From NCBI GenBank assembly GCA_002720535.1, contig PBIU01000009.1, positions 1-58,883 of the forward strand: a stretch of DNA of 58,883 nucleotides, written 5' to 3'. The notes beneath the pieces were generated by a model that was not told the DNA's origin, made no database searches, and was given only the letters and a program-made list of their open reading frames with translations. This document shows, piece after piece, positions 43,872 to 53,059 of this stretch. The position numbers and the translations under genes are program-made. Within the stretch, counting starts at the first letter, position 1; each line of letters starts with the position of its first letter. This DNA comes from Candidatus Pelagibacterales bacterium. Its GTDB lineage: Bacteria; Pseudomonadota; Alphaproteobacteria; TMED109.

Positions 43872-44839
43872 ATATTATTATAATTGGTTGTGGAAGAATG
43901 GGACAAGGTATAGCTATTACATTCGCTTTAGCTGGTTATAAAATTCAATTAATAGACATAAAGAAACGATCTAATGATAATTTTACTAATTTATTAATAA
44001 AGATTAATGCAGAAATATCTAAAAACTTAAAAATATTAAATAAAATTAAATTAATAAATAAAAATAAAATAAAAAAAATAACTAGCAATATTGAAATAAT
44101 GCAATATTGGAGTAATGAGAATATAATTAACTCAGCAGATATTATATTTGAATGTGTACCAGAAAAACTTAAGATTAAAAAAAATGTATTTAAATTGTTA
44201 AGTGAAAATACAAACAAAAAAACTATTATTTCTTCCACTACTTCTACAATACTTAGTACAGACCTTGCTAAATACAACAGACATCCAGAACGATTTTTAA
44301 ATGCTCATTGGTTAAACCCTCCTTATTTAATGCCCTTAATAGAAATATCTCCATGTAAAGAAACTAGTAAAAGCAATATTAAAAAAATTTACAATTTATT
44401 TATAAAAATAGGGAAAGTACCAATTGAATGTAAACCGTCTCCAGGTTATATTGTTCCGAGAATACAATCCTTAGCGATGAATGAAGCAGCAAGAATATTA
44501 GAAGAAGGAGCAGCTAGCGCAGAAGATATAGATAAATCTGTTATTTATGGTTTTGGTCTCAGGTTTGCAATACTTGGATTGTTAGAATTTATAGATTGGG
44601 GAGGCATAGATACACTTGATAATGCAAGTAGTTATATGACTAAAACAATGAAGTCTCAAAGATTCTCTTCACCAAGTATTGTTAAAAAACATATTAAAAA
44701 TAATAATTTAGGATTATCTACACAAAGTGGTTTTATGGACTGGAAAAATATTGATGTTGAAAAATACCAAGAGGACAAATTAAAAAACTTTGTTAAAGTT
44801 ATAAAATTATTAAATATACAACCTAAAATTAAGATTTAA
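43868..44839 (+). CDS. 3-hydroxyacyl-CoA dehydrogenase-family protein (possibly carnitine/3-hydroxybutyryl-type)
   Basis: 323 aa. IIIGCGRMGQGIA Rossmann motif, and HWLNPPYLMPLIEI matches the HF.NP....LVE signature. Start overlaps the upstream stop (ATGA). Confidence 0.75.
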   Translation: MNIIIIGCGRMGQGIAITFALAGYKIQLIDIKKRSNDNFTNLLIKINAEISKNLKILNKIKLINKNKIKKITSNIEIMQYWSNENIINSADIIFECVPEKLKIKKNVFKLLSENTNKKTIISSTTSTILSTDLAKYNRHPERFLNAHWLNPPYLMPLIEISPCKETSKSNIKKIYNLFIKIGKVPIECKPSPGYIVPRIQSLAMNEAARILEEGAASAEDIDKSVIYGFGLRFAILGLLEFIDWGGIDTLDNASSYMTKTMKSQRFSSPSIVKKHIKNNNLGLSTQSGFMDWKNIDVEKYQEDKLKNFVKVIKLLNIQPKIKI

Positions 44840-45485
44840 TTTTCTCAAAAGTACCTATTACTGCCATATCTTTTTCTTTATTATTGGAATAAATAGCACT
44901 ACTTACCATTTTATTTATTTTTATTTTTTTTAACATTTCCAAATTATGGAGAAAACTTTCAAATCCTCTTTCTTTATAATGACCAGCATTAATACCTATA
45001 GTTAAAATTGCTCCATCTTCACAAATATATAATAAATCATTAATAATTTCTGGGCCCAAATGACCATGTGTAAAAGCACCTGCACTTATAATTCCAGAAT
45101 AATTCTTTGGAACATTTTTAATCGGCTTAGTCAGGTCAATTTCATAAAGATCTCTATAAATATTTTTATTTTTAGCCATATTAATCATATCTTTGGAAAT
45201 ATCAAAACCATCAATAATAAGACTTGAATCAATTTGTTTTAACTCATTTGCTACTAATCCCGTTCCACATCCAATATCACAAATAGGACCACTATTATCA
45301 TAATTTTTTATAAACTCTTCTGATACATATTTTGGATAGCTATATTTTAATCCAGCTGCAAATACCCTGTCATAATCTTTCGAAAAACCTTTATAATATA
45401 AAATATTATCTTCAGGAGTCTCTAAATCATAGGCACCTTTTAAAAGCTTAAGAGCTTTATTTTTAATATTATTTTCATCACTCAT
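44829..45485 (-). CDS. Class I SAM-dependent methyltransferase
   Basis: 218 aa. Motif I ICDIGCGTGL and post-I DGFDIS. Confidence 0.8.
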   Translation of the reverse strand: MSDENNIKNKALKLLKGAYDLETPEDNILYYKGFSKDYDRVFAAGLKYSYPKYVSEEFIKNYDNSGPICDIGCGTGLVANELKQIDSSLIIDGFDISKDMINMAKNKNIYRDLYEIDLTKPIKNVPKNYSGIISAGAFTHGHLGPEIINDLLYICEDGAILTIGINAGHYKERGFESFLHNLEMLKKIKINKMVSSAIYSNNKEKDMAVIGTFEKIKS

Positions 45486-45520
45486 AGTTTTTCCTAAAAA
45501 TTTATAAGTATGATGATAAT

Positions 45521-46324
45521 TTAAATTGTAAAATTAATCATAATTTCTTTTATAATAATAAATAAAGAAATTAAAATTAAAAAATATCCAAAAGTTTTTT
45601 TCAAGGCATTTCCACTAATATTTTTTGAATATTTAACGCCTATTAATATTCCAATACTTGTGCAAATTGTTATCATAATAATTAAATAATAATTTATTTG
45701 AACACCTGCCTGAACATCTCCAAAAAAGCCGATCATTGATTTTATAAAAATAATAAATAAAGAGGTTCCTACGGCAGTTTTCATATTTAAGCCAGAAAAA
45801 ATAACCAATGCAGGAACTATCAAGAACCCTCCTCCAGCTCCAATTATACCTGTAAAAAAACCTACAAAAGAGCCATTTAAAATAATTTTTGAATTAGCGT
45901 ATAATTTATTACTAGAAGTAGATGATTTTATTTCTTTTGAAAATAACATCAAATATGATGCAGAAAGCATTAATAATGAAAAAATAAGCATAATTAGAAA
46001 ATCTTTAGTAATAATTATTTGACCTAAATACAAACTTTCGGGAAATGCAGGAAGAAGATATCTTCTAGTTATATAAATTGTAATTACAGATGGAACTGCA
46101 AATATGGATAGTACAACTAAATTCATATGCTTATTCGTTATATACTTAATACTTCCTACTAATGCAGTAAAAGCAACTATTATTAGTGAATAGGCAGTGG
46201 CTAAGCTTGGATTAATATCCATAAAGTAAACTAATATAGGCAAGATTAAAATTGATCCACCAGCTCCTAGTGTACCTAAAACTACGCCCATTAATATTGA
46301 AAATATGTAACCCGCTATTATCAT
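45521..46324 (-). CDS. TauE/SafE (TSUP)-family anion exporter
   Basis: 267 aa, about 8 TM segments. GAGGSILILP and GAGGGFLIVPAL repeats are typical of TSUP. Confidence 0.8.
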   Translation of the reverse strand: MIIAGYIFSILMGVVLGTLGAGGSILILPILVYFMDINPSLATAYSLIIVAFTALVGSIKYITNKHMNLVVLSIFAVPSVITIYITRRYLLPAFPESLYLGQIIITKDFLIMLIFSLLMLSASYLMLFSKEIKSSTSSNKLYANSKIILNGSFVGFFTGIIGAGGGFLIVPALVIFSGLNMKTAVGTSLFIIFIKSMIGFFGDVQAGVQINYYLIIMITICTSIGILIGVKYSKNISGNALKKTFGYFLILISLFIIIKEIMINFTI

Positions 46325-46429
46325 AACTTATTACCTATAATATTAGTAAATAAAAAAACAATATATATCTTTAAATATACTTCATTAAGGTATAAAATTT
46401 TAAATCAATTAATTTAATAAGGAAATAAT

Positions 46430-47353
46430 ATGAATATTGTAGTCATGGGAACAGGCGGAGTTGGTGGATATTTTGGAGCTAAACTTGCAAATGCTGGAAA
46501 TAATGTTTGCTTTATAGCTAGAGGTAAACATTTAGAAGCTATAAAAAATAATGGCCTTAAAATTATTAGTGAGACTGGTGATATACTTATTCATCCTGCA
46601 AATGCAACCGATAACCCTGAAGAATTAGAAATTGCTGATATAATACTTTTTTGTGTAAAAGCATATGATACAGAAGCATCCGCAAAACTAATAAAGCCAA
46701 TAGTAGGTCCAAAAACAGCTGTGATTCCTTTTCTAAATGGACTAGGGCATATAGAAATTATGAAAAATATATTAGGCAATAATAACGTTATTGGAGGTGT
46801 TGCAGCAATCAGTGCACTAATAGAAGAACCTGGAATTATTCGTCATAATTCGCCTATGCAAATGTTAAAATTTGGTGAATTTAGTAATGAGAAAACTGAA
46901 AGAGTAATTGCATTCCAGTCTGCCTGTGAAAAAGCAGGAATAAATAACGCCATACCAGATAATATTAATACAGATATGTGGCAAAAAATAGTAATGATAT
47001 GTACTTTAGCTGGAGCAAATTGTATTACAAGACTTCCTCTAGGGAAATGCCGCTCAAATCCAGCAACTAGAATATTAATGAAAAACCTAGCAGAAGAAGT
47101 TGTAGCTGTAGCCAAAGCAGAGAATATATCTCTACCAGATAATCAAGTAGAAATGACAATGAAGCAACTAGATTCATTACCAGAAGGAATGAAAGCATCA
47201 ACTCTTCCTGCCCTAGAAAAAGGAGAAAAACTGGAAGCATCAGCTTTAAATGGAGCCATAGATAAATTAGGTTCTAAACATAATATAAATACTAATATGC
47301 ATAAAGCTGTATATGCCGCATTAGCTCCTCATGAAAATGGAAGCCAAACTTAA
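46430..47353 (+). CDS. 2-dehydropantoate 2-reductase (ApbA/PanE)-family oxidoreductase
   Basis: 307 aa. VVMGTGGVGGYFGAKLANAGNNVCFIARGKHLEAIKNNGL matches the ketopantoate reductase N-terminus. Confidence 0.75.
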   Translation: MNIVVMGTGGVGGYFGAKLANAGNNVCFIARGKHLEAIKNNGLKIISETGDILIHPANATDNPEELEIADIILFCVKAYDTEASAKLIKPIVGPKTAVIPFLNGLGHIEIMKNILGNNNVIGGVAAISALIEEPGIIRHNSPMQMLKFGEFSNEKTERVIAFQSACEKAGINNAIPDNINTDMWQKIVMICTLAGANCITRLPLGKCRSNPATRILMKNLAEEVVAVAKAENISLPDNQVEMTMKQLDSLPEGMKASTLPALEKGEKLEASALNGAIDKLGSKHNINTNMHKAVYAALAPHENGSQT

Positions 47354-47369
47354 TTTATATAATTAATAT

Positions 47370-47400
47370 AAGCGAGAGATTATTATAAAGTCTCTCGCTT
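47370..47400 (+). terminator. Terminator-like hairpin
   Basis: AAGCGAGAGA (47370-47379) and TCTCTCGCTT (47391-47400), a 10-bp stem. The T-tract is weak. Confidence 0.4.
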
Positions 47401-47438
47401 ATAAGTTTTAACTATTGTAAACTTAGAAGGAAGGTATA

Positions 47439-47459
47439 TTAAATACATATTGTATTTAA
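47439..47459. promoter_or_regulatory. Candidate TetR operator palindrome
   Basis: TTAAATACA-TAT-TGTATTTAA, a perfect 9-3-9 palindrome about 110 nt upstream of the TetR-family gene. TAAATAC half-site-like words recur at about 47460 and 47504. Confidence 0.3.
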
Positions 47460-47568
47460 TAAATACTTGCAAGAAAAATTTTAGGTAAATATTTAATTTG
47501 ACATTAAATACTATTCTATGTATTACCGAATTATAATAATGGTGTTATTTTTTAAAAAATAAATATTT

Positions 47569-48237
47569 ATGAATAAAAAATTAAAAAATCCAGTAGGTAG
47601 ACCAAAAACTCTAGATAGGGCTATTTTAATAGATATAGCCTTTAATGAGTATTGGTTAAACGGAATTAACAATGTATCTCTGTCCAAAATAGCAAACTTA
47701 GCTAAGGTCTCTAGACCAGGAATTTATAAAGAGTTTGGTGATGAAGATGGATTGAAATGCGAAGTTCTCAATAAATATACTGATATTCTTTTAACTGAAG
47801 TATTGCCTCAATATTATAAAGCTGAACATATTAAAACTATGTTTTACCATATTTATTCTACTGTAGGTTACCCTGTTGATATAAAATATTTTAGGGGTAT
47901 TTCTAAAACTAATAAGGTAAAAGTGCCTACTAAAGTACAAGGATGTTTATTTGAAAAATCTAAATTAGAAAAGCATAAACTTAATACTAAATCTAAAAAT
48001 GCATTAGAAGCGTTTGAAAAAAATAGGAAGAAAGCTTTTAAGAATTATTTTGAAAGAATGCAAAAAACTAACCAAATAGATTCTTCGCTAAAATTAGATG
48101 ATGTCTACAATTATTTTATCGCTCAACTTTCCTTAGCGCAATGTCTTCAAATTAATGGATCAAAAAAAGAAGATATCAAAAAAATTATAAATACAGCTTT
48201 TTCATTAATAGTAAAACCCAAATATATGCTTCATTAG
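47569..48237 (+). CDS. TetR-family transcriptional regulator
   Basis: 222 aa. N-terminal HTH: VSLSKIANLAKVSRPGIYKEFGDEDGL. Confidence 0.7.
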   Translation: MNKKLKNPVGRPKTLDRAILIDIAFNEYWLNGINNVSLSKIANLAKVSRPGIYKEFGDEDGLKCEVLNKYTDILLTEVLPQYYKAEHIKTMFYHIYSTVGYPVDIKYFRGISKTNKVKVPTKVQGCLFEKSKLEKHKLNTKSKNALEAFEKNRKKAFKNYFERMQKTNQIDSSLKLDDVYNYFIAQLSLAQCLQINGSKKEDIKKIINTAFSLIVKPKYMLH

Positions 48238-48302
48238 TTGAATATATAATTCTGTTGCTAAATATAATTTTGTTTAATAACTTTATACTGATAACATAAT
48301 TT

Positions 48303-49163
48303 ATGGAGAGTAAAATTATGAATTTTGTAGTATCACCATTAAGTAAAGCTTTGGGAGCTGAAATAATTGGAGGTGACTATACTAGGCCTTTAAAAAGTGA
48401 GCAAAAAGAATACTTAAATAAATGTTTTTTAAAATATCATTTACTTTGTCTAAGAAGTAAAAAACTGTCATCAAAAGAATTATTTAATTTAGCAAATGTT
48501 TTTGGAACACCGTTTACCGAAGTAACAAGAAATCATTGGGATAAAGATGTTCCTGAGATTTCAATTTTAAAAAGTACCTATGAAAGTGAAAAAGATAAAC
48601 CTGAAAATCCTTTACTAAATAGAAGAAATGGCTGGCATACAGATCATTCATTTAAAATAAATCCACCGAAAGCTACAATATTACATGCACATGAAATACC
48701 TTCTGAAGGAGGCCATACTCGTTTTTGTAATACACATATGGCATACGAAGACTTACCAAACAATAAAAAAATAGTCTTAGATGGTTTAGAAGCTGTACAC
48801 TGTTACGATACTAAAAGAGCTCCTGCTAGGCCGGTTGCAAGATCTTTAGAAGAAATAAAAGACACTCCAGATGTTATCCACCCTCTTATCCGTACTCATG
48901 ATGAAACTAAAATAAAATCTATATATTTTAATGCTAATAGAACTGATAGAATAGTTGGATACGAAAGAAAAGAAAGCGACCAAATACTAGATGAAATAGA
49001 TAATCACATTACGCAAAATAAATATAGATATGATCATAAATGGAGTATAGGTGATATAATAATATGGGATAATAGATGCCTAATACATTCTGTAAACGTT
49101 GATTACCCTATTCAGGAACCAAGAATTCACCTTCGCACATTAATAAAGGGAAACAATAATTAA
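48303..49163 (+). CDS. TauD/TfdA-family Fe(II)/2OG dioxygenase
   Basis: 286 aa (alternative start ATG 48318 behind GGAGAG). GWHTDHSF (HxD), GGHTRF, VIHPLIRTH, WDNRCLIHS. Confidence 0.85.
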   Translation: MESKIMNFVVSPLSKALGAEIIGGDYTRPLKSEQKEYLNKCFLKYHLLCLRSKKLSSKELFNLANVFGTPFTEVTRNHWDKDVPEISILKSTYESEKDKPENPLLNRRNGWHTDHSFKINPPKATILHAHEIPSEGGHTRFCNTHMAYEDLPNNKKIVLDGLEAVHCYDTKRAPARPVARSLEEIKDTPDVIHPLIRTHDETKIKSIYFNANRTDRIVGYERKESDQILDEIDNHITQNKYRYDHKWSIGDIIIWDNRCLIHSVNVDYPIQEPRIHLRTLIKGNNN

Positions 49164-49180
49164 AATATTATTTAAATACT

Positions 49181-50473
49181 ATGAATAATCCTCCTATTCC
49201 TAAAAATTTTTGGGAACATGTCAAATCAATGGGACCAGGAATAATAGTAGCATTAACTTGGCTAGGTGCTGGAGACTTGGTTGATTCAGCTGTAGCAGGT
49301 GGAAACTACGGATATACATTAATGTGGGCTATGGCTTTAGCTATTTTCATAAGATTTATATTTGTTTCTATCATAGCTAAATATCACTTATGCAATCAAC
49401 ATAGTGAAAGTCTAATTTCTGGCCTTAATAGATTACACCCCTACTTACCTTATATTATAATAGTAATTACTCTCTTATTTGGTCATTTTTATGGATCATA
49501 TATGGTTAAAGGAGTTGGAGAGTCTTCTCTAAAAATATTTGGTTTTGGTAATGCCTGGATGTGGTCGATATTTTGGGTTACTTTAGCTTCTATATTAATC
49601 TTTAAAGGTATTTTAAATAAAATAGAAATAATATTTTATATCTTTCTAATCCTATTAAGTACTTCCTTAATTGGAACCGCTATTTGGGTTGGGCCAGATC
49701 CATTAGAAATAACAAAGGGTACATTAGCTTTTGAACTTCCAGATAACAGTGGTTCATTTGGTACCCTTTTAGTTATAACTTCATTAATTGGAGCTGTTGG
49801 AGGGTCTATTTCAAATTTATTATACCCTTATTTTATACAACAAAAAGGTTGGAACAACTCGAAATATAGAAAAACACAATTATACGATCTAGCATTCGGA
49901 ACTATAATTTTAATAGTTATTAATTTATCAATATGGACTATAGGTGCTGAACTTTTATTTCCTAATAATATTAGTATTAATAATCTAGATGATTTAGCCT
50001 TGCTACTAACTATTTCTATAGGTAAGTTAGGAGAACCACTATTTTTTATTGGAGTATTTGCTGCTTTATATAGCTCAGTTATTGGTAATGCTGTGGGTTT
50101 TGGTTACTTAATTACAGATAGTATAAATGTAATAAAAATAAATGATACCGTAAAATCTAAACCATTAAATATATCTAATTCAAAAGTTTATCGCATTGTG
50201 GTTTTATGGTGCTTATTTTCCCCACTTATATGGAGCATTCCAAATATGCCGAGTTTTATTACATTAACTCTAGTTGCAAATGCAGCTGCTGTAATTGTAT
50301 TACCACTGCTTTGTGGTTCTCTATGGATAATCACCTCTTCAAATAAATTTATAGGAGAAAAATATAAAAATAAAATATTTGAACATTCTACGTTAATAAT
50401 ACTATTTATATTATCTATATGGGGGTCTTATCAAACTATATTTGTCATAAAAGATATTATTTTTAATTTTTAG
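49181..50473 (+). CDS. NRAMP-like divalent-metal/other cation transporter-family membrane protein
   Basis: 430 aa, about 11 TM segments. GPGIIVALTWLGAGDLVDSAVAGGNYGYTLMW resembles the Nramp N-terminal signature. Confidence 0.65.
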   Translation: MNNPPIPKNFWEHVKSMGPGIIVALTWLGAGDLVDSAVAGGNYGYTLMWAMALAIFIRFIFVSIIAKYHLCNQHSESLISGLNRLHPYLPYIIIVITLLFGHFYGSYMVKGVGESSLKIFGFGNAWMWSIFWVTLASILIFKGILNKIEIIFYIFLILLSTSLIGTAIWVGPDPLEITKGTLAFELPDNSGSFGTLLVITSLIGAVGGSISNLLYPYFIQQKGWNNSKYRKTQLYDLAFGTIILIVINLSIWTIGAELLFPNNISINNLDDLALLLTISIGKLGEPLFFIGVFAALYSSVIGNAVGFGYLITDSINVIKINDTVKSKPLNISNSKVYRIVVLWCLFSPLIWSIPNMPSFITLTLVANAAAVIVLPLLCGSLWIITSSNKFIGEKYKNKIFEHSTLIILFILSIWGSYQTIFVIKDIIFNF

Positions 50474-50550
50474 AAATAATTGCCGTAGCTTCTATCTCAA
50501 GCAATGCCTTATCTTCAATCAAATCATTAACTACTAACATAGACATATAT

Positions 50551-50577
50551 TTCAAGCTTAAAATATTTAAGCTTGAA
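50551..50577. terminator. Bidirectional terminator-like palindrome between convergent genes
   Basis: TTCAAGCTTAAA-ATA-TTTAAGCTTGAA, a perfect 12-3-12 palindrome in AT-rich flanks. Confidence 0.45.
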
Positions 50578-50581
50578 TTAA

Positions 50582-52219
50582 TTATGATATTACACCCGTA
50601 ATCTTATTTAAAATATCAACTGGTTTATCAGGAATAATGTCAGACCTCCAAGCCACCATTAAATCAGGTCTAATTATTACATATTTATTTTTATATAAAT
50701 TTAAAACATCCTGATCATTAATCTTTAGCAATTTGATAGGTATACCAATATTTTTAGCTTCACATATTAAAATATTAGCATCACTAATATCATTTGAGAT
50801 AACTAATAATGTAAAATTTTTCCCAAATTTATCATAAATTGATACACCCTCTTCAAGCCAAATATGAGGAGCTCTATGACCAGGTCTAGCCGTTGGTATA
50901 TATTTTCTTGGATTATCAATAGTTTCTTGAGTTCCATCAGGTATTATTATTGATGAATTATTATACCTATAACCTAATAATGTTCCAGATGAAGCTATTA
51001 ATTTATCTTGCTCCTTAAGGTTCAATGATAGTTCCGCTCTTAATTTATCCGCACGATCAGATTCCTCATCTAAAATATCCCCATGTACCATTACAGAATT
51101 TAATTGATCAAAACAATCTGCCGCTTCTTTTGTATTCCTTATTCCTATTGGACGTCTTTCATTAAAATAACTATCAATTAACTTATTTCCTCCCCAACCC
51201 TCCAACATAGCTTGAACCTTCCATGCTATATCAATAGCATCTGATACGCCTGTATTCATTCCAAAACCGCCTGTTGGAGTAAATAAATGTACAGCGTCAC
51301 CAGCCATAATGACTCTATTATCATGATATTTATCTGCAACTAAAGCATGTGCAGACCATGGTTGAATTGATAAAATTTCTATATCGGTAGACTTTCCTAA
51401 TACGGCTTCTATAGAATTTTTGGCATTTATTTCATTCCATGACTGTCCAGGTTTTAACATTAAATGATAAGTAAAAGTTGTTCCTCCATCCCAATTTAAA
51501 AGAAAACCCGCGTAATCCTTATGAAGAGGAAAGAAAATGTTAGCTGTTCCAAATTTATGACATTTCATAAAGTCAGGAGCTTTAAAGTAAATTGATACAA
51601 ATTTAGCCATATCGGCTCTTCCAGTTAAGCCAATATTTAACTTTTCTCTTACCATGGATTTACCACCATCACATGCTATTAAGTATTTACATTTTATGTC
51701 TTCTATTTTTTCTGTTTTAATATTTTTAACTTTGCAGATAACACCTAGTGAGTCTTGATCAAAATTTTTAAGTTCATAATTAAATTTCATATCAATATTA
51801 GGAAGAGAATATATGTAGTTTAAAATTACTTGTTCAACTTCATTTTGACCTGTTATAGTTTTCAAATAAGGTGACCAAGTATGTTCTTCTTTTACATAAC
51901 CGCCTGTATCTTTTACCTCTCTAATTTTTTTGAAAGGCGGTAAAGATATTCTATGCAACTGTCTTCCATGTAGGCTTGAAACCCAATAATAATCTGCAGG
52001 GTGATCTGGAGGAATTCCCGCTTCAGTAATTTCTTTATCAATACCCCACCTACGATAATATTCCATCGTTCTATTAGCAACAGCATTAGCTCTTGGATGA
52101 TTATTTAATCCAGCTGATTGCTCTACAACCATACAATCTATATTTCTCCATCCTAATTCTGCGGCTAAAGACAAACCTACAGAACCCCCACCTGTTATTA
52201 AAACCGAAACCTCTTTCAT
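50582..52219 (-). CDS. FAD-dependent aromatic-ring monooxygenase (PheA/TfdB/MhpA-type, with C-terminal extension)
   Basis: 545 aa. VLITGGGSVGLSLAAEL, GDAVHLFTPTGGFGMNTGVSDAIDIAWK. Confidence 0.85.
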   Translation of the reverse strand: MKEVSVLITGGGSVGLSLAAELGWRNIDCMVVEQSAGLNNHPRANAVANRTMEYYRRWGIDKEITEAGIPPDHPADYYWVSSLHGRQLHRISLPPFKKIREVKDTGGYVKEEHTWSPYLKTITGQNEVEQVILNYIYSLPNIDMKFNYELKNFDQDSLGVICKVKNIKTEKIEDIKCKYLIACDGGKSMVREKLNIGLTGRADMAKFVSIYFKAPDFMKCHKFGTANIFFPLHKDYAGFLLNWDGGTTFTYHLMLKPGQSWNEINAKNSIEAVLGKSTDIEILSIQPWSAHALVADKYHDNRVIMAGDAVHLFTPTGGFGMNTGVSDAIDIAWKVQAMLEGWGGNKLIDSYFNERRPIGIRNTKEAADCFDQLNSVMVHGDILDEESDRADKLRAELSLNLKEQDKLIASSGTLLGYRYNNSSIIIPDGTQETIDNPRKYIPTARPGHRAPHIWLEEGVSIYDKFGKNFTLLVISNDISDANILICEAKNIGIPIKLLKINDQDVLNLYKNKYVIIRPDLMVAWRSDIIPDKPVDILNKITGVIS

Positions 52220-52222
52220 AAT

Positions 52223-53059
52223 TTATACTTTCCTAAAATTTGCCTTATCTTTATGTTGTAATAAAAATTCTAGAAGAACTTTATTAAAACTAACTGGCTG
52301 TTCTATATTACATAAATGACCTGCATTTTTAATAATATTTAAAGAAGAATTTTTAATTTTTTCTTTGGCCAAATAACCAATACTTACAGGCGTTAATTTA
52401 TCATGTTCTCCATAAACTAACTTAGTAGGGACATTAAATTTTGATAGATTATTGCTCGTATTATAAGTAATACTTTCAGATATAGTTTTTAAATAAGATT
52501 CAATATGAATTTTTAAAAAACTTTGTTTTATTTTTCTTTTAACTTCATCTGAACAATTTGGGCCAACAAGAGAATTTATCAAAGCTGGAGCAATCTCATT
52601 TAATGTTTTTCCGTTCTTTAGAGGTTTTTGTCTTAAATCAATAAATTCTTTTTGTTTATCTTTACTTAAAATTTTATAGTCAAAAAAACAATCACATAAA
52701 AATAATGTAGCAACTCTATTTTTATACTTTGGATAAAAGTCCATTAATATTCTAGCTCCCATAGATAAACCTACTAAATGTGCTTTATCTATATTTTTAG
52801 AATCCATTAACCTAGCTAAATCATAACTAAAATCTTCAAAATTAAGAGCTCCCTCATAATCATCAGAATTGCCATATCCTCTTGCATCCCATGCTATTGT
52901 AGTAAAATCATTTGCAATAGCATTTTGCTGCTCATACCAATTTTCACTATTTCCCCCTATACCATGCAAAAATATTACCGGTGGTCCTTTTCCAATCTCT
53001 TTATAATTTATTAAAGGGGTGCCTTTTACAAAGCCTTGTTTAATTTTATTTAAAGTCAT
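52223..53059 (-). CDS. Alpha/beta hydrolase (NicD-like N-formylmaleamate deformylase candidate)
   Basis: 278 aa. HGIGGN oxyanion motif, nucleophile elbow GLSMGA, C-terminal GH. Start overlaps the stop of the NicX-like gene. Confidence 0.8.
   Translation of the reverse strand: MTLNKIKQGFVKGTPLINYKEIGKGPPVIFLHGIGGNSENWYEQQNAIANDFTTIAWDARGYGNSDDYEGALNFEDFSYDLARLMDSKNIDKAHLVGLSMGARILMDFYPKYKNRVATLFLCDCFFDYKILSKDKQKEFIDLRQKPLKNGKTLNEIAPALINSLVGPNCSDEVKRKIKQSFLKIHIESYLKTISESITYNTSNNLSKFNVPTKLVYGEHDKLTPVSIGYLAKEKIKNSSLNIIKNAGHLCNIEQPVSFNKVLLEFLLQHKDKANFRKV

Noticed and set aside
43945-44277. 110-aa minus-strand ORF.
   Set aside because: It is antisense to a low-complexity Lys/Asn/Ile-rich stretch of the 3-hydroxyacyl-CoA-dehydrogenase-family gene. 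It is an artefact of AT-rich codons lacking stops.
50463-50546. 27-aa minus-strand ORF (MSMLVVNDLIEDKALLEIEATAIISKN) resembling the C-terminus of RidA/YjgF-family proteins.
   Set aside because: It is too short, overlaps the 3' end of the NRAMP-like gene, and lies downstream of a terminator-like palindrome. At best it is a relic, and the evidence is insufficient to call a pseudogene.
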